DNA of 64,000 nt from an uncultured cyanobacterium (GTDB taxonomy: Bacteria; Cyanobacteriota; Cyanobacteriia; Cyanobacteriales; Nostocaceae). The number at the start of each line of letters is the position of its first letter. Position 1 is the first letter of the stretch. Positions 1 through 9,292 of the stretch are shown here, piece after piece. Location: the NCBI GenBank assembly GCA_963740315.1, contig CAVUDP010000004.1, forward strand, positions 736,001 to 800,000, written 5' to 3'. The position numbers and the translations under genes were made by a program. A model generated the notes under the pieces. That model made no database searches and was not told where the DNA came from. It saw only the letters and a program-made list of their open reading frames with translations.

Positions 1-202
1 CCATCCACAGCTACATAAGTACAAAATGTAGAGACACGATGGAAGTCGATTATAAAAAAAACCAATATGCCATTATTAATAGCGCATATTATATTTTCAC
101 TAGTCTCCTAAAAGCTGATTTGAAGTGAAATAAGACAAATTAATGTCTTAATCTATCGTATAAATAAACACTTATTCAAGTACATCAATAAGGATTTGCG
201 GT

Positions 203-1939
203 GTGCTGTATTTAGCTGAAGTACAAAAACAAAAGGGTGGCTTACTCGGTAGTGGAGCCAAAACTGAACTAAAACTGCTGGCTTGTCAACGCAATGACCA
301 GAGTTGGAGTACGGTAAACGAGGAAGTAATTGCTGCTGAGGAAGCTAGTAAACTTTCGGATGGCGCACTTGTGCTAGCTGAACTTAATGCAACTCGTCAG
401 GTACAGCGATTGCAAGAAGCTGGTCGTCCATTGGTTAATATTTTGCAGAATTTTTCCCGTCAACTGGAAAAATTTAAACTCAAAGAAGAAGAAATAGACC
501 AGTGGAAAGAGTCGTTAACATTTCAAGGGCAGGAAATAAGCCGCCGTGAAATGGAATTGGAAGCACGGGAAGAAGAAGCGCGACAAATCCAAGAAGAGGC
601 ACAAGGCATAGATGTAAAAATTCAAGAAGTTGAAAGTTCCCGTCAAGAAATTCAACAATTACAAGAAGAAATCGAACGCAGTCGTCAAGAACTTGAAGGT
701 GCTTGGGAGCATTTGCGAGGCGAACAGCGTCGCTTGGAAGAAGTTAGTTCAGAAGTGCAGCCGGGAGCAGTTTTAGATGAAGAGCAAACAAAGGTAATTA
801 GCGATTTACTAGAAAAACTCTCTAATAATATTCCTACACCCGAAAACGTTCGCGAACATCTGAATAATGCATTCGAGATGGTGGAAAGTCAGCAGGCTAT
901 CCTCACTCCTCATTGGGAACAACTCGAAAAACAAAAAACCGAAGCTAACGAGCAGCAAGTAGAAGTTGAGCGTTTATTGCAGGAAGTGCAAGAAACTAAT
1001 TCTTCTCTACAGCAAGCTCAAGATTCCCTGTACGAACAAACAGTAGAGTTGAAGCTAAATACAGCTAGTCTTGAGAGCAAGCAAGATTACGTGCGGATGC
1101 TACAACAGCAATTGCGCGATCGCCAAGAATTAAAAGAGCAAGTTAATTCCTTTAGCGATTCTGGTAGTTCTAACGAAGAAGAATTTACTCTAGATTTTGA
1201 TGCGGAAGCTTTAAAAGATTTATCTACAGAAGAATTGCAACAAAATGTTGAAGACTTTCAGCACAAGTTAAATATTGACTCTAGCTTTGTTGAGGAACAA
1301 GAACAAGAACTTAACTATAAGCAAAAGACAATAGACGAACTCCAAGAAAAAATCAACCAGGGGAACGAAGAAAAACGTACTGCATTAGAGGAAGAACTTG
1401 CAGACGAAAAAGACAGTTACCAGATGCTCAACGAAACTTTAGTTGGGCAGCGTCGTAGTTTGGTAGAGCGTCAAGAGTCACTTCAACTGCATCAAACAGT
1501 ACTGCTTCAGCGAAAAAATAAAGCAAAGCAAAGTCGGAAATTAGATTTAAGTCCGATATTAAAGCAAATTGAACGAGGGCGAGAAAAGTATTCCGAGCAA
1601 CTCGAACAATTAGAAGCCCAAATCGAGCAAATGCGTAACAGCGTTCAACAAGCGCAGGAGACGATTGACACTCAAACCCAAGAACAGGATACCAAGCGTC
1701 AAGCATTGCAAGCAATGCAGGAAAATTTATCCGCCCTGCAAACTGCAAACGCTCAAATCTGGGCTAGAGTTAATCTTTATGAAGAGGCGCTTCAACCAAT
1801 ACAGGATTCCTTGGACAGTTTGCGACACAAGCTCGAAGCAATTAATGACGCTTTGACACAATTGCAGGAAGCTGGCGGTTATCAACACCAAGCGATTACA
1901 GATATGCGTTCTTCTATTGAGAATTTGATATCTCAGTAA
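203..1939 (+). CDS. hmpF: Pilus motility/taxis coiled-coil protein HmpF
   Basis: N-terminus MLYLAEVQKQKGGLLG..KTELKLLACQR characteristic of cyanobacterial HmpF; long Q/E-rich coiled coil; GTG start. Confidence 0.85.
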   Translation: MLYLAEVQKQKGGLLGSGAKTELKLLACQRNDQSWSTVNEEVIAAEEASKLSDGALVLAELNATRQVQRLQEAGRPLVNILQNFSRQLEKFKLKEEEIDQWKESLTFQGQEISRREMELEAREEEARQIQEEAQGIDVKIQEVESSRQEIQQLQEEIERSRQELEGAWEHLRGEQRRLEEVSSEVQPGAVLDEEQTKVISDLLEKLSNNIPTPENVREHLNNAFEMVESQQAILTPHWEQLEKQKTEANEQQVEVERLLQEVQETNSSLQQAQDSLYEQTVELKLNTASLESKQDYVRMLQQQLRDRQELKEQVNSFSDSGSSNEEEFTLDFDAEALKDLSTEELQQNVEDFQHKLNIDSSFVEEQEQELNYKQKTIDELQEKINQGNEEKRTALEEELADEKDSYQMLNETLVGQRRSLVERQESLQLHQTVLLQRKNKAKQSRKLDLSPILKQIERGREKYSEQLEQLEAQIEQMRNSVQQAQETIDTQTQEQDTKRQALQAMQENLSALQTANAQIWARVNLYEEALQPIQDSLDSLRHKLEAINDALTQLQEAGGYQHQAITDMRSSIENLISQ

Positions 1940-1984
1940 AAAGATGAAGTATCAAGGATGAACTATGGTTTTATCCTTTATTCT

Positions 1985-2968
1985 TCATCTTTTTTTTAAA
2001 CAAATATATTCACCATCTACCATAGCAATAGTACCTCCAGGAAATGGGTCAGTTTGCGATCGATTTGGTGCTGCAATCAAAGCGATCGTTTTTTCAATAT
2101 GCTCGAAATTGGGAGCATTCGGCATTATTTGTAGTAATACTTGCCTGATCGCACGTCTTTGCAACGCTAATGGTGCTTTCTGCAATACTTGACGATTCAA
2201 TCGTAATATCGTCTTATTTTCGCATTTTATTTGTGCCTTTTCTCGCAATTCCTCAGCAGCTTGTTCTAAATATTCAACTTCCGCTTGTAAAAGTTCTGCT
2301 GTTTGGGCTAAATTTGATTCTACTTTCGGGTTAAATTTTTCTTGTAAATACGGTACTAATTCCTGACGGATACGATTGCGAGCATATTTTAAATCGAGAT
2401 TTGTGGAATCAAACCAAACTTGCAATTGAAAATCTTCACAAAATTGACCTGTTTGGGTGCGGGTTACTTCTAAAAGCGGACGCACTAACATAATCTCATC
2501 ATTAAGTGGACGCTGCCAAGTCAAAGCCTGCAAACCATCCGCACCGCTACCGCGAATTAAATTGTAAAGCAAAGTTTCCGCCCTATCGGTTGCAGTGTGT
2601 CCCGTAATTATGTACTGATAATTATTTTTACGAGCAATTTGCTGTAAAACTTGATAGCGCCAATCTCTTGCTGCGGCTTCACTTGTCAACGATTTAGAAG
2701 CCGTTTCCAAATAAAAAGGTATACCCCATTTTTCGGCAAGTTTTTCTACATGATTAGCGTTTGCGTGGGAGTCATCGCGCCAACAATGGTCGCAATGAGC
2801 AATACCAACATACCATCCCCACTTTAGCTGTAAATCTAACATTAATTGAGTTAAACACAGAGAATCTTGTCCTCCAGAAACTGCAATTAACAACCTTCGA
2901 TCGCGTTTCAACAAACTACGCAAGCGGATAGTACGATGTATTTTTGCGTGTAAGGAAGTCCACACCAT
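1985..2968 (-). CDS. tilS: tRNA(Ile)-lysidine synthetase
   Basis: PP-loop AVSGGQDS, GHTATDRAET, RPLL, RNRIR; start placed at ATG 2968 (MVWTSLH) because the upstream extension is translated STRR repeat. Confidence 0.95.
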   Translation of the reverse strand: MVWTSLHAKIHRTIRLRSLLKRDRRLLIAVSGGQDSLCLTQLMLDLQLKWGWYVGIAHCDHCWRDDSHANANHVEKLAEKWGIPFYLETASKSLTSEAAARDWRYQVLQQIARKNNYQYIITGHTATDRAETLLYNLIRGSGADGLQALTWQRPLNDEIMLVRPLLEVTRTQTGQFCEDFQLQVWFDSTNLDLKYARNRIRQELVPYLQEKFNPKVESNLAQTAELLQAEVEYLEQAAEELREKAQIKCENKTILRLNRQVLQKAPLALQRRAIRQVLLQIMPNAPNFEHIEKTIALIAAPNRSQTDPFPGGTIAMVDGEYICLKKR

Positions 2969-2979
2969 TTGAATAGTTG

Positions 2980-3072
2980 GGAGTAGGGGGAGATGGGGAG
3001 AGGGGGAGAGGGGGGAGATGGGGAGACAAGGGGACAAGGAGAGGGGGAGACAAGGGGACAAGGGGACAAGGA
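2980..3072. repeat. G-rich short tandem repeat tract (GGGGAGA/GGGGACAA-type STRR)
   Basis: Iterated ggggaga(t)g and ggggacaa units between tilS and ung. Confidence 0.85.
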
Positions 3073-3085
3073 GAATAAAAAACTC

Positions 3086-3766
3086 CTAACTGCTAACTGG
3101 TAACTGATAATTGATTTCCGGTTTACCTGCTTGACGTAATGCTGAATTGATTTTTGAAAAAGGTTTGCTGCCAAAAAAGCCGTTGCGGGCGGAAAGTGGA
3201 GAGGGATGTGCCGATTGAACGATCGCGTGACGATTTGTATCTATTAATTTCAGCTTCTTTTTTGCATAGCCACCCCAAAGCACAAAAATTACAGATTCTT
3301 TCTGGTTAACTTTGCTAATTACTGCATCGGTGAAAGTTTCCCAACCTTTGTTTTTATGAGAATTGGGTGTATGTGCTTCTACGGTGAGTACGGCATTGAT
3401 CATCAGAATACCTTGTTTTGCCCACGGTACAAGATATCCATGATTGGGAATATCAAACCCAACATCCGAGTCAAGTTCTTTATAAATATTAACCAGCGAC
3501 GGCGGAATTTTAACACCAGGTTTTACTGAAAAGCATAACCCATGTGCTTGATTTTCTCCATGATAGGGATCTTGTCCGAGTATTAAAACATTTACTTGTT
3601 CTAATGGTGTAAGTTCAAACGCTGAAAATACATCTTCTTGTGGAGGATAGATAATTTTCGATTTTCGTTCCTCTGCGATAAAATTTTGCAATTCTTTGAA
3701 ATAGGGTTGATTACATTCTTCAGCGAGTGCCGTTTTCCAAGAATCAGGTAGTTGGGGAAAAGTCAT
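3086..3766 (-). CDS. ung: Uracil-DNA glycosylase (family 1)
   Basis: GQDPYH, HPSPLS and GLCFSV motifs; ATG at 3766 (MTFPQLP). Confidence 0.95.
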   Translation of the reverse strand: MTFPQLPDSWKTALAEECNQPYFKELQNFIAEERKSKIIYPPQEDVFSAFELTPLEQVNVLILGQDPYHGENQAHGLCFSVKPGVKIPPSLVNIYKELDSDVGFDIPNHGYLVPWAKQGILMINAVLTVEAHTPNSHKNKGWETFTDAVISKVNQKESVIFVLWGGYAKKKLKLIDTNRHAIVQSAHPSPLSARNGFFGSKPFSKINSALRQAGKPEINYQLPVSS

Positions 3767-3778
3767 CAAATTTTGGAT

Positions 3779-3829
3779 TTTAACAACGGATGCTTTTAAC
3801 AACGGATGCGTTTAACAACGGATGCGTTT
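3779..3829. repeat. 16-bp tandem repeat (TTAACAACGGATGC[G/T]T) x3
   Basis: Three adjacent copies; two reverse-complement copies at about 52939-52973. Confidence 0.85.
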
Positions 3830-3927
3830 GGTTTGTTTTAGATTCTGGATTATACAGCACTTCTAAATCCGGAAGTAAGAATTAAGAAACCCAATTTTGC
3901 TTGTTCTAACTATTCCCTATTCCAAAA

Positions 3928-4440
3928 CTATAAAACAAAATGACTAACTAACGCTGCAAGTTCCATCAGATAATCCCAGGTTTGAGAACCAATTATTCCA
4001 TCTACTACAAGTTGTTTATCATTTTGAAAAGATTTAACTGCTACTTGAGTTCGATCGCCAAATACGCCATCGATTTTTCCAAAGTAGTAGCCGTCGAAGC
4101 CCAGAGTTTCTTGAATAAAAGGAGAAAATTTAAGAAGGCTTTGGACTTTAGCAACATCATCACAGTAACTACCGCGATACAACAAAGGTAAATCGGGACG
4201 TTGACTGATGTAAAGCGCTTCCCACGTGACAACTCCAACAACGCCATCCTGCTTTAAAAAAGTACGATACTGAAATATTTCTACTGCTAGTAAGGTTATT
4301 TCATCAAATACACCGTCAATTACAAGACTTTCAACGTCGGGTACTCTTTTTATTAAGAATTTTTGCAATTGTTTTACATAATCCCCAGTAGCACCAAATT
4401 TTAAGGTAGGTTGTTTGATTTGAATGGAACTTTGAATCAT
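3928..4440 (-). CDS. Peptidoglycan-binding domain protein (two PG_binding_1 repeats)
   Basis: Two 'L..G..G..V..LQ..L...DGVF...T..AV..FQ....DG.VG..TW' repeats. Confidence 0.85.
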   Translation of the reverse strand: MIQSSIQIKQPTLKFGATGDYVKQLQKFLIKRVPDVESLVIDGVFDEITLLAVEIFQYRTFLKQDGVVGVVTWEALYISQRPDLPLLYRGSYCDDVAKVQSLLKFSPFIQETLGFDGYYFGKIDGVFGDRTQVAVKSFQNDKQLVVDGIIGSQTWDYLMELAALVSHFVL

Positions 4441-4562
4441 GAATCTCTCCCGATCATTCTTTTGTGTTATAGAACATCAAGTTGATGATTGAAGATTCCG
4501 TAGATTAAAAAGGTACACAAACGGGTACTTTTTATAAGTGCATCTATAAAAATGGGAATTCA

Positions 4563-6041
4563 ATGAAGAAACGCAGATTATTATTATTTACGGTAATATT
4601 GGCGATCGCAATTATTTTTAGTGACTATCATTCCACTGTTGCTTCTGTCGGTAAAGAAACGCTGACAATGATTACTTCTCCCGATTATCCCCCTTATGAA
4701 TTTTACGAAACTAAAGGAGGCGATCGCAAAATAGTTGGCTTTGATATTGATATCGCTAATTATATTCAGAAGGAATTAAAGTTTAAGCTGGAAATTGCCC
4801 AATCGGATTTTAACGGTTTGATTCCGGCGCTGCAAGCAAATCGTGCTGATTTTGTGATGGCGGGGATGACTCCAACTCCACAACGCCGCGAAAATGTCGA
4901 TTTCTCTATTATTTATTACGAAGCTAAAGATACTATTGTTGCTTCTAAAACTAGTAATTTAACTAAGCCAGAAGATTTATCAGGTAAGATTGTCGGCGTA
5001 CAGTTGGGAACAATTCAAGAACAAAATGCCAAGCAAATTGCCGCAAAAGTTGCGAATATCCAGTTAAAACAACTGAACAAAGTACCGGAAATAGTTCAAG
5101 AAATAAAAGCTGGAAGAATTGATGCGGCGATCGTTGAAGATAATATTGCTTTGGGATTCGTCAAAGCTAATCCAGATTTACAGTTTAATGTTATTCCTTC
5201 AATTGAAAACGCATCGGGTTCGGCTATTGCTTTTCCCAAGGGTTCGCAGTTAGTTAAACCATTTAACGAAGTGCTGCAAAAAATGAAGAATAATGGTGAA
5301 TTGGAAAGGTTGAGTAAAAAGTGGTTTTCTGCTCCAACCAAGGAAGCAATAAGTGCAAATTCACCTCCTGCATCCAAGGGATTAAATTTAGATTTTAGGC
5401 GAATTCTTCCAGATATACCCTTTATTCTCAAAGGTATTCCTTTAACTTTATTATTTACTCTATCATCAGTATTTCTCGGTTTATTTTGGGCAACGGCGCT
5501 ATCTTTTTTCAAGATTTCTGGGATAAAACCGCTGGGCTGGTTTGCAAATGTCTACACTTCTATTTTCCGAGGTACGCCGCTACTTTTACAGCTATCTTTA
5601 GTTTATTTTGCCACGCCTCAGCTAACAGGATACGATATTTCAGCTTTGCAAGCAGGCATACTTACTTTTACTTTAAACTCCGGCGCTTATATGTCGGAAA
5701 CGATTCGCGGTGGAATTCAAGCTGTAGATAAAGGACAATTTGAAGCAGCAATGTCTATGGGTGTGACCTATAGAATGATGATGTGGGATATTATATTACC
5801 CCAAGCTTTGAAAAATATTCTGCCAGCGTTGGTAAATGAAACTATAGGATTGTTGAAAGATTCTTCTTTAGTAGCAACAATTGGTGTTGTTGAAATATTG
5901 CGTAGTGCCCAAATTGTGGGTGCAAACAAATATATTTACTTTGAACCATTGTTGTTTGCCGGGTTGATTTATTACGTTTTAGTGATGGGTTTATCTTTTG
6001 GTGCTTCTGCTTTGGAAAGAAAATTAAGAAGAAGCGATTGA
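4563..6041 (+). CDS. Polar amino-acid ABC transporter, fused substrate-binding protein + permease
   Basis: Signal peptide, SBP family 3 (DYPPYEF, GFDID), HisM-type permease (RGTPLL, GQFEAA). Confidence 0.9.
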   Translation: MKKRRLLLFTVILAIAIIFSDYHSTVASVGKETLTMITSPDYPPYEFYETKGGDRKIVGFDIDIANYIQKELKFKLEIAQSDFNGLIPALQANRADFVMAGMTPTPQRRENVDFSIIYYEAKDTIVASKTSNLTKPEDLSGKIVGVQLGTIQEQNAKQIAAKVANIQLKQLNKVPEIVQEIKAGRIDAAIVEDNIALGFVKANPDLQFNVIPSIENASGSAIAFPKGSQLVKPFNEVLQKMKNNGELERLSKKWFSAPTKEAISANSPPASKGLNLDFRRILPDIPFILKGIPLTLLFTLSSVFLGLFWATALSFFKISGIKPLGWFANVYTSIFRGTPLLLQLSLVYFATPQLTGYDISALQAGILTFTLNSGAYMSETIRGGIQAVDKGQFEAAMSMGVTYRMMMWDIILPQALKNILPALVNETIGLLKDSSLVATIGVVEILRSAQIVGANKYIYFEPLLFAGLIYYVLVMGLSFGASALERKLRRSD

Positions 6042-6117
6042 AGTAGCAAGCAGTTACAGTTACCAAATATATAGTAAATATCAACTAACAACTATCAACT
6101 ATCAATTAACAACTAAC

Positions 6118-6852
6118 ATGAATAAACCAATCATCCGTACAGAGTTGTTGTGTAAATCATTTGGTAAACTTGAGGTACTTAAAGATATTTCGACAGAAAT
6201 AGATCGTGGTGAAGTTGTTGCTATTTTAGGTCCTTCTGGTTCCGGTAAATCTACTTTTCTCAGATGCATCAATTTATTAGAAATTCCTACTTTAGGTAAA
6301 GTTTATTTTAATGATGATGAAATTACTCAACAAAAAACCAATATCGCTAACATTCGCCAGCGTTTGGTAATGGTGTTTCAACACTTCAATTTATTTCCTC
6401 ATATGACGGTGCTACAAAATGTTTCTTATGCACCCATAAAGGTAAAAAAATTGGATAAGAAACAAGCACAAATCAAAGGTTTGGAATTACTAGAAAAGGT
6501 TGGTTTAGCAGAAAAAGCAGATGTTTATCCCGCAAAACTATCGGGAGGGCAAAAGCAGCGTGTAGCGATCGCGCGTGCTTTGGCTATGGAACCAGAAATG
6601 ATTTTGTTTGATGAACCCACTTCGGCTTTAGATCCAGAAATGGTGAAAGATGTCTTAGAGGTGATGAAAAGTTTGGCGAATACCGGAATCACGATGGCGA
6701 TAGTAACTCACGAAATGGGTTTTGCTAGAGTTGTGGCGAATCGAATCCTGTTTCTCGATGGAGGAAGTTTGGCAGAAGACGCTTCACCAATGGATTTTTT
6801 CAGCAATCCAAAATGCGATCGCGCTCAACAATTTCTGGAAAAAATGCTTTAG
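6118..6852 (+). CDS. Polar amino-acid ABC transporter ATP-binding subunit (GlnQ-like)
   Basis: Walker A GPSGSGKST, signature LSGGQKQR, FDEPTSALD. Confidence 0.95.
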   Translation: MNKPIIRTELLCKSFGKLEVLKDISTEIDRGEVVAILGPSGSGKSTFLRCINLLEIPTLGKVYFNDDEITQQKTNIANIRQRLVMVFQHFNLFPHMTVLQNVSYAPIKVKKLDKKQAQIKGLELLEKVGLAEKADVYPAKLSGGQKQRVAIARALAMEPEMILFDEPTSALDPEMVKDVLEVMKSLANTGITMAIVTHEMGFARVVANRILFLDGGSLAEDASPMDFFSNPKCDRAQQFLEKML

Positions 6853-6975
6853 ATTAACTGCCTGCTTAAATCCAAAATCAATACGTAACTTTTATCTTTT
6901 GGTAATATATACTTCATAGTTCATAAGTATAATTAGTTATAGACAGCACAAAACAACATTCCTCACATCACACAC

Positions 6976-7016
6976 AAAGCTCTCTTTCCTTAAACAGGTT
7001 GGAGAGCTTTTCTTTT
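6976..7016 (+). terminator. Probable intrinsic terminator between convergent genes
   Basis: aaagctctc...gagagcttt stem followed by T-rich tail. Confidence 0.6.
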
Positions 7017-7050
7017 AATTGGCTATAATGACGATATTTTTATCGCAATA

Positions 7051-7911
7051 TCACGGATTGCAATACATACATTGAGACGGGTTAGCATATTCGCCGTTGG
7101 GGAATAATTTCTCTTTCCTGAACCCACATTTTTGACATTTATAAATCGTAGCCTTAGTTAAGATAGTTGGGCTATTGCACCATTCACAAGGTAATCCTGG
7201 GATTCGTTGAATAATATCAAAACCTGGTGTTGAACATTTTGGACAAAAGCTGTTAAGTTTTTCTAAAAGGTTGTAAGTTGCTTTTTCTATATTTTTCATT
7301 CGCGTTGGATTGTACATGGCTCGCATATCAGTTTCGAGATGTACTTCACCATTTGGTGATTTTGTCAAACTATAATTTATCGCTTCAATCAATTCTTTTT
7401 CTGTCGTAATTCCTTTAATTATCTCATCGCTATTTTTTGGGCGATCGTTCAACATTACAATCAAACCATGTTCGGGAAAGCCGATTTTTTTGGCAAATTC
7501 AAATGCTTGTTCTATATCCCTAACTTTTATACAATCGTGATTAGTATCAGTCGATAATTCTTCTCCAATAATTTCTAAATTATTTTCTCTATCTAGAAGA
7601 ATTACAATTTCCCGATTGCAGGAAATATAAGGTAAAGAAGGGTGAGGAGCAAAACTACCTTCGCTAGCAATCCCCAAAGTTTCACCAGTTAATAAAAGTG
7701 CTTGCTCTGCTTTTAATCTTGCAGCTTCTATTTGACTACCGCAGCGCTCTATTTCTCTTGTAAAAGAGCCAAATCTGTCTGTATCAATTTGCGGTACTTT
7801 TACCTTAACACCTAATTCTTTTTCTAAAAGTGGAGCGATGACTCTCTCCTTTTTATGCATACTCGCGAGTACAGCAACTCGGTTGTTAAATATCTGACTA
7901 TCCACAAACAT
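7051..7911 (-). CDS. DUF6671-like protein with C-terminal multi-CxxC region
   Basis: VLASMHKKERVIAP, DTDRFGSFTREIER, ASEGSF, ETDMRAMYNPTRM; CPKC, CEWC, CQKC, CMYC. Confidence 0.75.
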   Translation of the reverse strand: MFVDSQIFNNRVAVLASMHKKERVIAPLLEKELGVKVKVPQIDTDRFGSFTREIERCGSQIEAARLKAEQALLLTGETLGIASEGSFAPHPSLPYISCNREIVILLDRENNLEIIGEELSTDTNHDCIKVRDIEQAFEFAKKIGFPEHGLIVMLNDRPKNSDEIIKGITTEKELIEAINYSLTKSPNGEVHLETDMRAMYNPTRMKNIEKATYNLLEKLNSFCPKCSTPGFDIIQRIPGLPCEWCNSPTILTKATIYKCQKCGFRKEKLFPNGEYANPSQCMYCNP

Positions 7912-7975
7912 AGTTTATTGAGTCAATTATAAATCAATATGGTGTGCCATCATTTATCAATGCACCCTCCTTTAA

Positions 7976-8458
7976 TTATGCATTTAACGAGAGCAAAGGA
8001 ATACTTTTAGCCAAAAAATCGTTAACAGTGATATCTTGCTTTTGTGCCCAATATTGACTCAAAAAGTGAATTTGTCTTAAACCAACAATTAAATTCAACC
8101 CCGGTAAAAACATCCACCAAACTACCAACGGTTCTTTCATCCCTGCATCGCGGTAAAGTTTATTCACCGTTTTATACAAGTGAAACTGGACAATATAAAT
8201 CCAGACAATACCCAAAAGCGAAAACCAACCAAACCATCCCGGAACATCGGGATCGAAAATTCTTAAAATTTGAGGAACTGCTACACCTAATACAAAAGGT
8301 GCTAAACATAGCATTCCAGACCAGCCGTAGCCATTGTAGCGTTTTAATTCTTCTTGAATAATATATTTATACCAGCCATAGTAGAGCATTCCCGTAACTA
8401 CAGATAAAAAAATTACTCGCCATAAAGGACGGGGTTTACCTAAATTTTCCTCAGACAT
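7976..8458 (-). CDS. Small membrane protein (DUF4234-like)
   Basis: RPLWRVIFLSVVTGMLYYGWYKY..EL N-terminus; about 4 hydrophobic segments. Confidence 0.65.
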   Translation of the reverse strand: MSEENLGKPRPLWRVIFLSVVTGMLYYGWYKYIIQEELKRYNGYGWSGMLCLAPFVLGVAVPQILRIFDPDVPGWFGWFSLLGIVWIYIVQFHLYKTVNKLYRDAGMKEPLVVWWMFLPGLNLIVGLRQIHFLSQYWAQKQDITVNDFLAKSIPLLSLNA

Positions 8459-8530
8459 ATTGATAAATCGGATATCAAATTTGACTTGTTAATATTACTT
8501 AATTTAACTGAAAACCGCTATATAGCTCAA

Positions 8531-8552
8531 GCGAGCAAGATGCTCGCACTAC
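8531..8552. repeat. REP-like palindromic element, family GTAGTGCGAGCATCTTGCTCGC
   Basis: gcgagcaagatgctcgcactac; further copies at 46954-46998 and 50715-50735. Confidence 0.8.
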
Positions 8553-8672
8553 TCAGAGATTGGGAACAAAAAGTTGTATGAATAAAAAATGCGAAAACTT
8601 GATTAAAGTCAACAGTCTAGTCACACACCCTACAAAAAAAATGTGCCAGTTGCCTAAGTTTTAATAAAAATA

Positions 8673-9017
8673 TTAAGCTTCTCCTAACAAGGAATTAAAC
8701 TCTGACTTTAACGCTTTCATATCCGCTACCCTTGCAACTAATATATTGTCGTTACCAGCATCTGTTAAACGGGATTTCCAATAACTAATGCTGTCGGAAT
8801 TATTCATCCAAAATTTAATTACGGTATCAACCACTTCATCCATATTCCAACCCCATTTTGAGGGAACTGGTTCGACTGTTTCAAGAAATGCATCTAAGGT
8901 ACATTTATGGCTAACCAAGTACTCCACACCTTGGCTGTGGGAGTTTTCCTGATGCTGCTGATGGGTAAAAAAGTGCAATATTGGAGATACACCTACAATA
9001 TCGAAAGTATATTTCAT
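8673..9017 (-). CDS. Conserved cyanobacterial hypothetical protein (114 aa)
   Basis: ATG at 9017 (MKYTFDIVGVSP) preceded by SD AAGGAG; clean ORF. Confidence 0.8.
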   Translation of the reverse strand: MKYTFDIVGVSPILHFFTHQQHQENSHSQGVEYLVSHKCTLDAFLETVEPVPSKWGWNMDEVVDTVIKFWMNNSDSISYWKSRLTDAGNDNILVARVADMKALKSEFNSLLGEA

Positions 9018-9129
9018 CCCAATTCTCCTTGTAAACAAACTTTTGATTTTAACGGAAAAATTTTTAAATTCAGTTTAGAAAAACTAGCAATAAATCCTCA
9101 GAGAGTGCTAATATTACTTCCGTACAAAG

Positions 9130-9156
9130 TTAGCAGTTAATAATTAAGAGTGCTAA
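9130..9156. promoter_or_regulatory. CIRCE-like (HrcA operator) inverted repeat
   Basis: TTAGCAGTT-N9-GAGTGCTAA vs consensus TTAGCACTC-N9-GAGTGCTAA; a second imperfect copy at 9084-9111. Confidence 0.55.
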
Positions 9157-9292
9157 TATTTGTATTGCGAAAAATTAGCAGACAGCTTCATAGAGAGAAG
9201 AATATTTATAACGCTATTTATATTAAAATATTAAATAATTTCACTAATTGAAAAGGGTAAGTAACTCTTTTTAATATTTCTTAATATTTGTA

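Noticed and set aside
2908..3174. Pro/Ser- or Gly-rich ORFs over STRR tracts (2908-3174, the tilS extension to 3061, 17703-17897, 28055-28399, 29007-29293)
   Set aside because: They are translations of low-complexity tandem repeats that lack stop codons, and they overlap real genes.
3779..3829. Short direct repeats as a possible mini-CRISPR (also 50641-50720)
   Set aside because: Units are contiguous with no unique spacers, they are only 16-20 bp long, and there are no cas genes.
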